IMG/VR virus record: IMGVR_UViG_3300037483_000410 | Location: 1-38,423 of that record | Origin: a virus | Taxonomy: Duplodnaviria; Caudoviricetes | DNA length: 38,423 bases | Strand: one strand, 5' to 3' | Shown here: positions 9,798 through 17,599 of the stretch, piece by piece | Layout of the letters: every line of letters begins with the position of its first letter | Position numbering within the stretch: the first letter of the stretch is position 1 | Position numbers and translations under genes: made by a program | Notes under the pieces: model-generated | Told to the model about the DNA's origin: nothing | The model's database searches: none | The model's input: the letters and a program-made list of their open reading frames with translations, nothing else

Positions 9798-10120
9798 TGA
9801 GTCTAGCCGACCTCGATCGAAAACCAGTGACATGGCACTACGACAAGTGGGATGCCGATGTGGTATTTCGTGCGATCAGCGCCGCGGACTGGTCGCTGTT
9901 GGTGGCGAAGTACGAACCGCATCCAACGAGTGACGCGATCGAGGATCACGCCGTTATTCGCAATGCTCGCCAGTCGGCGGAACTGCTGGAGTTGTCGGTG
10001 GTGTCGCACAAGGCCACTGCCGATGAGTGGCTGACACTGAGCAAGGACACGTTTCAGCAACTGGCACTGAAGGCACTCGAAATTAATGGTCTACTGCCCG
10101 ACACGGCAAAAAAAAACTAG
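9797..10120 (+). CDS. Tail assembly chaperone (gpG-like)
   Basis: Ends AKKN-stop on a 9-A slippery run; between tube and tape measure. Confidence 0.8.
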   Translation: MSLADLDRKPVTWHYDKWDADVVFRAISAADWSLLVAKYEPHPTSDAIEDHAVIRNARQSAELLELSVVSHKATADEWLTLSKDTFQQLALKALEINGLLPDTAKKN

Positions 10121-10437
10121 ACCAACCTGGTTATCGCTTCGCGTTTCAGCTGTGCCGGGAGCTTGGCGTCGTGCATCCCGACGTCTTGTTTGCCAAACTG
10201 ACGGCGGCCCAATTCAACGAGTGGTGGCTGCTGTACAATGATGAGCCATTCGGTGACGTGCGGTCGGATCTTCGCCTGTGGGCACACGCGTGCCTGGGAT
10301 GGGGAGTGAAGGAGGTGAAGCTGGCCTGGCCGTACATAGAGCCGCAGCTCACCGACGAGGAAATACTGTCCGAGATGGAACGTATCGAGGAGGCCCTGGC
10401 CGATGTCCACAGCCGCCAAAATCAGCATACAGATTGA
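10117..10437 (+). CDS. Tail assembly chaperone gpT-like portion, reached by -1 frameshift
   Basis: -1 frame after the A-run (10108-10116) reads LDQPGYRFAFQLCRELG...EPFGDVRSDLR without a stop to 10437. Confidence 0.8.
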   Translation, partial: LDQPGYRFAFQLCRELGVVHPDVLFAKLTAAQFNEWWLLYNDEPFGDVRSDLRLWAHACLGWGVKEVKLAWPYIEPQLTDEEILSEMERIEEALADVHSRQNQHTD

Positions 10438-11536
10438 CGCGCAGACAGCGACGCTGCAAAAGGGATTCGCCGAGGCCAAAGGCGCGATCAATCAACTCGA
10501 CGCTGGGATGTCCAATCATGTGGCCATGGGGATGGCGAAATTCACCGCCGGCCTGGCCATCGTCAAGGGCGCGATTGGAGCGGTGCGCGGCGCGATGTCA
10601 TCGCTGCTTGGCGCGATGAACGAGATGGACGAGGCAAGTAAATTCGCCGCGCGACTGGGTACATCCGCGGATGCGTTGACCGTTCTGGGGTTCGCGGCCG
10701 AGCAAGCTGGTTCGTCGCAAGACGCGCTGAATCTCGCGCTGGAAAAGATGCAGAATAATGTGTCCGAGGCGGCCACTGGGTTGGGTACCGCCAAGGATGC
10801 GATCGCGCAGCTAGGCTTATCAGCGGCGGATCTGACATCAATGTCGGCGGACAAGCAGTTCGCTGCCATCGCCGAGCAAATCCAAAACGTGGGGTCGGCG
10901 AGCGATAGGACGCGAATTGCCATGGACATCTTTGGCCGATCCGGTGGGCAATTAATTCCGCTGCTGTCCGAGGGAGCAGAAGGGCTTAATGCCTACGGTG
11001 CGGAGGCGGAGCAAATGGGACTACTCCTGGGTAATGCCCGTGGAGCAGTAGAGGAAGCCAACGACAGCATCAACAAAATGAAACGGGCCTGGGGTGCATT
11101 CGTCCAGCAGGTGGCCGTGCTGGTCGCGCCAGCACTGTCCGCGATCGCCGAGGCCTTGGCCAGTATCGTCGGCTGGTTCAACAAACTGATGGGGCACGCG
11201 TCAGGTGCCAGTGCACCATTCGATGCCTACGCCTCCCAATCAAAAAAAGCGGCCATCGTGATCGAAAAGGCCATGGACCACACAGCGAAGGTCGCCAAAC
11301 AAACAGCCGAGAAAATCAAGGAAACCTGGAAGGACATTCCCAAGCCCACGGACTGGACGACACCCGGCGTTGGAGCGGCGACGCGTGGCAGCGTGGCTGG
11401 TTTCACGGCCGTGCAGGAAGCTCGTCGTGGCCAGCAGGACGCCGAGCGCCGGCAGCGTGAGCTCACGAGTTGGCTGGCCCGCATTTACGAACGACAGCGA
11501 TCTGAATCCATCACGCTGGAGCCGGTGAACATATGA
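10403..11536 (+). CDS. Tape measure protein (short, 377 aa)
   Basis: Ala-rich helical sequence; AMDIFGRSGGQLIPLL motif; position after chaperones. Confidence 0.88.
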   Translation: MSTAAKISIQIDAQTATLQKGFAEAKGAINQLDAGMSNHVAMGMAKFTAGLAIVKGAIGAVRGAMSSLLGAMNEMDEASKFAARLGTSADALTVLGFAAEQAGSSQDALNLALEKMQNNVSEAATGLGTAKDAIAQLGLSAADLTSMSADKQFAAIAEQIQNVGSASDRTRIAMDIFGRSGGQLIPLLSEGAEGLNAYGAEAEQMGLLLGNARGAVEEANDSINKMKRAWGAFVQQVAVLVAPALSAIAEALASIVGWFNKLMGHASGASAPFDAYASQSKKAAIVIEKAMDHTAKVAKQTAEKIKETWKDIPKPTDWTTPGVGAATRGSVAGFTAVQEARRGQQDAERRQRELTSWLARIYERQRSESITLEPVNI

Positions 11537-12612
11537 CGGTGATCAACTGGATTGAAGCCAAGGAGCATGCTTCACTGGTCGCCTCCCGACTAGGTAAGCG
11601 GGAATGGACGGCGCCATACATTCTCGAGCATGATGATCCTCGCGCGGGCGCGCAAGAGTGTGTCGATTTCATGGACAGCATCGGCCGCGGCTTGTCTTCG
11701 GGTTATCGCTATGGGGACTGGCAAGACCCACTGAAGCTGTGCAAGCAAATGTCCGTTAGTCGAATACCCGGCAGTGCCGTGCACTGGCAGTTAATCTCCA
11801 CTTACTCCGATCTGGAACCGCGGGATGGAGAGGACGAGGATGGGAATCCGTCGGACAACCCAATCGATTGGAGATACGAGATCTCCACGGGCACGCAGTA
11901 TTATCAGGTGCCCGTTTACAAAGCGTGGAACATGGATGTCATGCCGCTGGGTGGATCTGGCGGCGGGTACAAGCGTCCAGTCGAGACGCTCGGCCCGGTC
12001 CATAACAGCGCGGGCACCGTGTACGACCCGCCACTAACTCGCGACATCGCCGAGACGGTTTTGCGGATCAGCGGTAATGCGCTGGAGTACGTGGAGGCCG
12101 TGCTGCAGTACACGGTTGGTACGATCAACCAGTTCGAGTTGCATTGGTCCGATCGACTGACCGAGAGGTATGGTTTCAAGGTTCAATATTTTCGGCCATG
12201 TTGCGTGCTGTGCAGTTCTGCTGGCGTCGATTACCGCGTCGACAACGACATCCGCTACTGGCGTTACACGTTTGAGTTTCGTATGCGCAGGCCGGCCGAT
12301 GCGCTAAATCCGCAGGATGGATTTCTTGAAACGATTCTCGATCGCGGACTAAATCGCTTGGCGATGGCAGGCGGGCCAGATGGACACGGTGGCACCTATT
12401 CGGCGCTCGACTTCCACGCTGGCATGCCAGACGTCGTGGCGGTTCGTGACGTCGAGGATCGACGCATTCCCGAAATGGTGATGCTGGATGGACATGGGCA
12501 GCCGCTGCGTGGATCGGACACGCTGGAGGCGGAGCCGGTGTACTTCCGCTGGCGTGTGCATCCCTACGGCGTGTTTCAGTACCCGTTCTTGCCGCTGGAT
12601 ATTTACGCATGA
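11533..12612 (+). CDS. Putative tail-tip / distal tail protein
   Basis: 359 aa coupled to tape measure by ATGA overlap; function from position only. Confidence 0.55.
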   Translation: MTVINWIEAKEHASLVASRLGKREWTAPYILEHDDPRAGAQECVDFMDSIGRGLSSGYRYGDWQDPLKLCKQMSVSRIPGSAVHWQLISTYSDLEPRDGEDEDGNPSDNPIDWRYEISTGTQYYQVPVYKAWNMDVMPLGGSGGGYKRPVETLGPVHNSAGTVYDPPLTRDIAETVLRISGNALEYVEAVLQYTVGTINQFELHWSDRLTERYGFKVQYFRPCCVLCSSAGVDYRVDNDIRYWRYTFEFRMRRPADALNPQDGFLETILDRGLNRLAMAGGPDGHGGTYSALDFHAGMPDVVAVRDVEDRRIPEMVMLDGHGQPLRGSDTLEAEPVYFRWRVHPYGVFQYPFLPLDIYA

Positions 12613-13010
12613 CTGCCACCGTCCAGGTACTGTCCGACGACTCGCTCGCCAAGCTCAAGCGCGATCACGATCGATTGCGCTACGAGGTGCAGGAACTGCG
12701 CGTCATGCTGCGCAGCTATCTGAGCGAACTGATCGACGATGGTCCCATGCTCAGGGGTGGGTGCCTGGCGGAAGATCATCCGGGGCGCGGCATAGCGTTC
12801 GATCTCTATCTTGGCGTCTGGAGTCGCGCGAACGACAAGTGGGAATACGACACGTCCAAGACCGTCAAGGCGATCGACTGGCGCTACGGCGTGCCGTATC
12901 CTCCAGCGGGATCAACCGGGCTGTTCGAGCGGCGACCATCCACTACATACGGAGTGATCTGGGAGGATGTGTCGCTCGACTGCGAATCACCCGGCGATTG
13001 CGGGGACTAA
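12609..13010 (+). CDS. Hypothetical tail-region protein
   Basis: ATGA-coupled ORF with N-terminal coiled coil. Confidence 0.55.
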   Translation: MTATVQVLSDDSLAKLKRDHDRLRYEVQELRVMLRSYLSELIDDGPMLRGGCLAEDHPGRGIAFDLYLGVWSRANDKWEYDTSKTVKAIDWRYGVPYPPAGSTGLFERRPSTTYGVIWEDVSLDCESPGDCGD

Positions 13011-13013
13011 GTC

Positions 13014-14156
13014 ATGGGTCGCCGACGCTGCTGCTGTGGTGCCGAGTGCTTCGTGTGGTCGGACGATTTCAATCGCGCCGCGTCCACTAACATCGGCGCG
13101 GACTGGAATGAGGCGATTGGCGATTGGGAAATCATCGGCGATGCGTACGCTGGTTGGCTGCACGAAAAAGCAGGGACCACGCCGGGCACGGAAGGCACGG
13201 CCGGCAGTAAGGTATTCGGCACGAATCCTGTACCAGTCCGCTCAGCCGGCGAGATGATCTGCAACGTCTCGATCGTTGATCCGGTGATCGGTGACAGTTT
13301 TTATCTGTACGTGGCGTGCGATGGGGCCGGCAGTGGAGGTGACTGGGTCAGCTACACTTACACGGCTGTCGATACCTGGCTCGTGACACTTTCGACTGGC
13401 GAGAGCAAGACGCAGGTATGGACTCCCATCGAGCCACTGCCAACGACAACTCCCGTTGTTGCTTGCAAGGATTCCGATGGCTTCCTCTATGGGGCCATCG
13501 CCTCCAGCGGTGATGAGTTTCCCTGGAACGATGGAGACGCGGTCGGCGATGGCAGATACTATGGGCTGGGACACGACAATGTTAGTACCGGCGCCGTGTT
13601 CGATGATTTTCAAGTGCGCGAACTACGCACGTCCACGCAGGACTGTGTCAGTTGTTTTTGCCACTGCGGAAGTTTGAGCGCCCGCAACAACGTGCAAAAA
13701 ACATTACTGCTAACGATCTTCGACGCGATTGATCGAGCTGCCTGCATGGACGGTAGGTATGTCACGATGACGTGGGAGTGGAACTCCGGCGTGCCACGCT
13801 GGGTCAGTGAGGTCATGCGTGTGTACAGCACGACCAGCGGCTCGAGTAACTATTGCGATTTTCGCTGGTATCTAGAGTGCGGCACGCATGACCCCGCAGA
13901 TCCCTTCGCGCATTTTTCACTCAACTGGTTTCCAGGCTACAAGAATTGCTGTTCTGGAAATTCAGCTGGTTGCGATGGCGTGTACTATCCAGATGAATTG
14001 GCATCGACGTGTACGCCGCTCAGCCTGGTGTTCGGACCGTTCGCGCTGAGTGTTGGTGAATTGACCTGTCATGCCTGCTACGATGCCGGCGACCCAATGC
14101 CTCCCACTCCACCCATGACGGGCGAATACTACATTGCGATCACGGAGTCACCATGA
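13014..14156 (+). CDS. Cys-rich tail-region protein, candidate receptor binding
   Basis: Starts MGRRRCCCG; DDFNRA...FDDF beta-sandwich-like segment; many Cys. Confidence 0.55.
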   Translation: MGRRRCCCGAECFVWSDDFNRAASTNIGADWNEAIGDWEIIGDAYAGWLHEKAGTTPGTEGTAGSKVFGTNPVPVRSAGEMICNVSIVDPVIGDSFYLYVACDGAGSGGDWVSYTYTAVDTWLVTLSTGESKTQVWTPIEPLPTTTPVVACKDSDGFLYGAIASSGDEFPWNDGDAVGDGRYYGLGHDNVSTGAVFDDFQVRELRTSTQDCVSCFCHCGSLSARNNVQKTLLLTIFDAIDRAACMDGRYVTMTWEWNSGVPRWVSEVMRVYSTTSGSSNYCDFRWYLECGTHDPADPFAHFSLNWFPGYKNCCSGNSAGCDGVYYPDELASTCTPLSLVFGPFALSVGELTCHACYDAGDPMPPTPPMTGEYYIAITESP

Positions 14157-14557
14157 GCAAATGTGAGTGCGCTGGAGCAGGCTGGTGTGAACGTCATCGG
14201 ATGCGCAAATCAGCAGCATGGGTGCAGCTGTGCCAGACGAAGGCGGAGTACCGAAACGCCTGGGACCGTGGTCGTGGCCCAGGTCAGATCAAGACCACTC
14301 CAGCGAGCGAGCGGAAAGCGGAACGCAGACGGCGTGGAGTTGGTACTGAGCTGCGCAAGATGATTGGTTGGCGCTGCGGTGGATTTGGACGCGCAGCAAC
14401 GCTCAACGCCTGGGGCGTGGACGGTTGCCGCGAGCGGAGCGATCAGATCGTGCAGTGGATCATCGACACTGGTGATCGCGGTGGCGGACCGATCGGAGGA
14501 CATGCCGCGGGCAGGTTGCTCAGATTGGCGATCGAGAGGTGCGTGACCAGTGACTAG
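14153..14557 (+). CDS. Cys-rich hypothetical protein
   Basis: ATGA-coupled; CEC...WCERH, GVGTEL, LNAWGVDGC. Confidence 0.55.
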   Translation: MSKCECAGAGWCERHRMRKSAAWVQLCQTKAEYRNAWDRGRGPGQIKTTPASERKAERRRRGVGTELRKMIGWRCGGFGRAATLNAWGVDGCRERSDQIVQWIIDTGDRGGGPIGGHAAGRLLRLAIERCVTSD

Positions 14558-14720
14558 TGGATGCTCACGATCCCGAGCGACACGAGCGCCAGTCTACCAC
14601 TGCCGCGATCGGCGAATCAACAACCTGCCACCCCAGCCTCCGCCCCTGGCACCACTTCCCCCTCTGGAGGTGTGTTTCGAACTATTTTGAAAATTGTTTC
14701 GGAATTCATGCCTCATGCTA

Positions 14721-14748
14721 TTGACTTATTGATTTTTGAGACGATAAT
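14721..14748 (+). promoter_or_regulatory. Sigma70-like promoter for the accessory gene array, within inverted repeats
   Basis: TTGACT-16 nt-GATAAT in an AT-rich island; TGCTATTGA (14716-14724) / TCAATAGCA (14748-14756) inverted repeat. Confidence 0.65.
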
Positions 14749-14794
14749 CAATAGCAGACGGGGACAAAACAATTCACACGGGAGAAAACGAGAG

Positions 14795-14980
14795 ATGACG
14801 ACGAGCTACGAAATCAGACGGCACAACGGGCAGTGCGGCTATGGCGAGTGGATGGAGGCTCAGGAGTATCAGGCCGACGTGGCCAACGCCGTGGCGGATG
14901 AGGCGATCGAGACTGGCACGACCAGCGGAACGATCGTAGTCGGCGGACAGACATACCTGTGGCGCGAAATGGAGGATTGA
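14795..14980 (+). CDS. Small acidic hypothetical protein (61 aa)
   Basis: GGAG upstream; first gene after the promoter. Confidence 0.6.
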   Translation: MTTSYEIRRHNGQCGYGEWMEAQEYQADVANAVADEAIETGTTSGTIVVGGQTYLWREMED

Positions 14981-14982
14981 CG

Positions 14983-15204
14983 ATGAGAACGATAGGCTAT
15001 GCACGAGACGGGACACTCACGCGGTTCGGGCGTGAGTGGCATCTGTCAACAGGTCGACTGCTGTGGCTGCGGTACGCGATCACCCGCTGGGTGGATCGAG
15101 TCATAGGGTACGACCCCGATCGGCCGGTGTGGTTTTGCCGATGGCTGGGGTTGTCCGGGTACGACCGGTTGCCGATGAGGGGAGAGCTGGAAGAGGAGGA
15201 CTGA
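14983..15204 (+). CDS. Small hypothetical protein
   Basis: GGAGG RBS; tightly packed. Confidence 0.55.
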   Translation: MRTIGYARDGTLTRFGREWHLSTGRLLWLRYAITRWVDRVIGYDPDRPVWFCRWLGLSGYDRLPMRGELEEED

Positions 15205-15207
15205 CCA

Positions 15208-15297
15208 ATGTTGACAGCATTCGCAATCGGCGGGTTGGGTTGCCTGGTGGCTTACGCGATCGTCATGGTGGCTGAGGGGTGTGGGGCGAAAATCTGA
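15208..15297 (+). CDS. 29-aa hydrophobic single-TM peptide
   Basis: GAGGAGGA RBS; MLTAFAIGGLGCLVAYAIVMVAEGCGAKI; below the ORF-track cutoff. Confidence 0.5.
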   Translation: MLTAFAIGGLGCLVAYAIVMVAEGCGAKI

Positions 15298-15332
15298 AAG
15301 GGCTCAAGAATCGACGAACGTGGAGTAGTAAC

Positions 15333-15608
15333 GTGCGAAAAAAACAAACATTCGACCTGACCACCCAGCGGCCCAAACCGCGTGGTGGCCGGCGCGATGG
15401 TGCCGGTCGTCCGAAGATCATGCAGGACTCCATCCGCATCCTGGTCGGCCTCGACCGTGCGGATCATAAGCGGATGCAGGCCGCGGCGGGCGCGACGGGT
15501 CAGACCATCCAGGAGACCTACCGAACGGCAATCCGCAGTTGGCTTAATGTGCGGGAAAGCCTGTTGCCCACCAAACGGGGCAAGAGTGGTACCAGGCAGC
15601 GGACCTAG
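15333..15608 (+). CDS. Small DNA-binding protein (GGxRxGAGRP motif, RHH-like)
   Basis: RGGRRDGAGRPK followed by a beta-alpha-alpha-like segment; GGAG RBS before GTG. Confidence 0.6.
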   Translation: MRKKQTFDLTTQRPKPRGGRRDGAGRPKIMQDSIRILVGLDRADHKRMQAAAGATGQTIQETYRTAIRSWLNVRESLLPTKRGKSGTRQRT

Positions 15609-15639
15609 CGAAAGACATAACACAGGAGGACTATTCGCG

Positions 15640-15849
15640 ATGATCTTGATGATTGAGCAGGATATACGAATTCACAACTGGCGTCGTTGGGTTTGGATTC
15701 CATCGGTTTTTTCAGGGACCTGGCGTGACCGACGTACGTGGAGAATTGTCTGGGGGATGTGGAGCTTGTCGTACTATCCAGAATCTGGATTGCGTGAGTT
15801 TTTCGCACACGTCAAAAACGGAAATACAGAATGGCGCGATGGCGTGTGA
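15640..15849 (+). CDS. Trp-rich small hypothetical protein
   Basis: AGGAGG RBS; stop codon lies in repeat copy 1. Confidence 0.55.
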   Translation: MILMIEQDIRIHNWRRWVWIPSVFSGTWRDRRTWRIVWGMWSLSYYPESGLREFFAHVKNGNTEWRDGV

Positions 15850-15870
15850 CACGTCTGGTCACAGCGGCGG
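15846..15870. repeat. 25-bp direct repeat, copy 1 (GTGAC-N7-GTCAC core)
   Basis: GTGACACGTCTGGTCACAGCGGCGG, identical to 16063-16087. Confidence 0.95.
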
Positions 15871-15883
15871 AAAGGAAAGAATA

Positions 15884-16066
15884 ATGAGCGAGGCTACTAA
15901 CAACGTGCTGCGGGTGTTCCGTGAGCGGGAAGGTACGGTTTTCCTCGACAAGTACACACGCGAGCGATTCACCATCGCGGAATTATCCGCCATGATTGTT
16001 GCAATGGAACCAAATGAGGCGGAGGCGTGGCTGGAGCGGTTCGAGAAGGACGTACCTAGCGCGTGA
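15884..16066 (+). CDS. Small hypothetical protein (60 aa) between the direct repeats
   Basis: AAGGA RBS; stop codon lies in repeat copy 2. Confidence 0.6.
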   Translation: MSEATNNVLRVFREREGTVFLDKYTRERFTIAELSAMIVAMEPNEAEAWLERFEKDVPSA

Positions 16067-16087
16067 CACGTCTGGTCACAGCGGCGG
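16063..16087. repeat. 25-bp direct repeat, copy 2, overlapping the integrase 3' end
   Basis: Identical to 15846-15870; contains the integrase stop codon (16076-16078, minus strand). Confidence 0.95.
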
Positions 16088-16927
16088 CGGCAGGGGCCTC
16101 GGAATCACGCCGCCAGCGTTGCGGTGTGGCACGGCGATTCGCGGGTCGACGTAGTACCGCCGCGTTATCTCCGGTCGGCAGTGGTCCAGGTAGTCGCAGG
16201 CCGACGAGATCCCCTGACCAGCCGCGACGTAGCTCGCCGTAGACCGGCGAATCGCATGAAACGGCTTATCGAGCTGCGGCAACTCGGCCAGCGTGATCAG
16301 TTTCCGAATCCGCCGCAGAAGCGTCTTCTTGCGGTCCGCATACGGCCAGGGCCAGACGTGTTGCCGGTGCCACCAAATTGCACGCAAGGCCTCGCAGGCG
16401 TCGGCTGGGAGCACGTACAGGATCTGTCGCCGATCTTTGGAACTCGCCACGACCAGCGTTGCGGCGCCGAGGTCTAGATTCTCTATCCGAGCGTCGACTA
16501 GGGTCAGGACCCGCACGCCCGAGTACCAGGCCGTCAATAGGAACGATCGCTACCACAATTCGGCCCTGATGCCGCAGTAGCGTTCGTCGAGTTGGTTGCA
16601 GCCCGCCAGCAGCCTACCGAATTCCGCCACCGTCCAGGCCCGTGGCAGCGTCTCCGCTTCGAAGGCTTTCGGCACATCTTCGACCCAGTCGCCTAAAAAA
16701 CCATGCTTGCGCGCATCGCGCAGGATGGCCAGCAGGTATCTCCTCCTGCGATTCTTGGTCGGACCGGGCGATTTCATTTCAGCCAGCCACTGCGTGACCG
16801 ACTCGGCTGTCGGGTTCTCTGGTGCTGTCCTGACGATTACTTGGTAATCGGCCAGGGTAGTGTTTCGTACGCCCTTGGCTTGGAGCCGAGGGAGATACAC
16901 ACCATCAAAGTACGCTGCCAGATTCAT
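16076..16927 (-). pseudogene. int: Tyrosine integrase interrupted by one in-frame TAG (16550-16552)
   Basis: ORFs 16550-16927 and 16076-16537 share a frame (ELW*RSFLLTAWYSGVR); catalytic SGVR, SSKD, FHAIRR, LDH and RYY present; next to attP. Confidence 0.85.
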
Positions 16928-17064
16928 GGTCTGCCCTTACAAGCGTAGGTCACAGATCCGTCAGTGGCATCGTCGTGCCGCGATTCCTCCATCTTTGTTG
17001 CCACGCCACCGGACTTGGCGGCGGAATGTTCTGGTCCTAACGATTATGCCGATTTGCGTTGCGT

Positions 17065-17108
17065 GACTGTCGATCCAGTGGTTGCCGGTTCGATCCCGGT
17101 CGGCCTCG
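17065..17108 (+). other. attP core: 3' half of tRNA-Asp(GTC)
   Basis: Anticodon loop CTGTCGA, 3' stem TCCAG, T-arm GCCGG-TTCGATC-CCGGT, acceptor strand CGGCCTC-G; no 5' half; just upstream of int. Confidence 0.85.
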
Positions 17109-17121
17109 CTGATTCGTATTT

Positions 17122-17179
17122 GCCGCACTGGCTGGTTGGTCCGCTGGGGCCAGTTCTAAGCCAGCTGGTGCGGTATTTT
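17122..17179 (+). terminator. Hairpin downstream of the attP tRNA half
   Basis: GCCGCACTGGCTGG pairs (with G-U) with CCAGCTGGTGCGGT, then ATTTT. Confidence 0.55.
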
Positions 17180-17193
17180 GTGGCTTTCTGGGT

Positions 17194-17222
17194 TTGAATA
17201 TTACCCAGCAATATTGTAAGAT
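17194..17222 (+). promoter_or_regulatory. Repressor promoter, probably producing a leaderless mRNA
   Basis: TTGAAT-17 nt-TAAGAT; ATG at 17229 is at the expected +1; two AATATT boxes overlap it. Confidence 0.6.
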
Positions 17223-17228
17223 GGGGAC

Positions 17229-17444
17229 ATGAGCATGGCAAATGAAAACTTTCCGTACGAACTGGTATTTTCCCTGCGTGAGGACCTGGATCTAACCCAG
17301 GTCGAATTAGCGGAAAAGCTCGGTGTTTCCCAGCCCCTGGTTGCAATGTGGGAGAAGGGCGAGAGGCTCCCGTCCGGCCCGGCAGCAATCCTCCTGAGGC
17401 AGCTCCAAGAGAAATCTAGAAAAAACTCCAAGGTTCTGTCTTGA
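17229..17444 (+). CDS. XRE-family HTH repressor (71 aa)
   Basis: LREDLDLTQVELAEKLGVSQPLVAMWEKGERLP. Confidence 0.92.
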   Translation: MSMANENFPYELVFSLREDLDLTQVELAEKLGVSQPLVAMWEKGERLPSGPAAILLRQLQEKSRKNSKVLS

Positions 17445-17471
17445 CATAGCAGTATCACCTTGTGATACTGC
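17441..17471 (+). promoter_or_regulatory. Early promoter with overlapping palindromic operator
   Basis: TTGACA-17 nt-GATACT; GCAGTATCAC-CTT-GTGATACTGC palindrome at 17449-17471. Confidence 0.8.
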
Positions 17472-17599
17472 ATCGCGTTGAATCTGGCGGCCCACACGCC
17501 AGCGGCGATTAGAACCGCCGACAGAACCACGCGACTCTTTGCCACTCTGGCAGCCTGTCGCATGCACACGACGGACAAAAAATCACGGAGGCTTCCGGC

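Noticed and set aside
14543-14550. GTGACCAG as an inverted half-copy of the 25-bp site, implying an invertible accessory segment
   Set aside because: Only 8 bp match, which is expected by chance in 38 kb
17040-17110. Complete tRNA-Asp gene
   Set aside because: The 5' acceptor strand and D-arm are absent; it is the attP core
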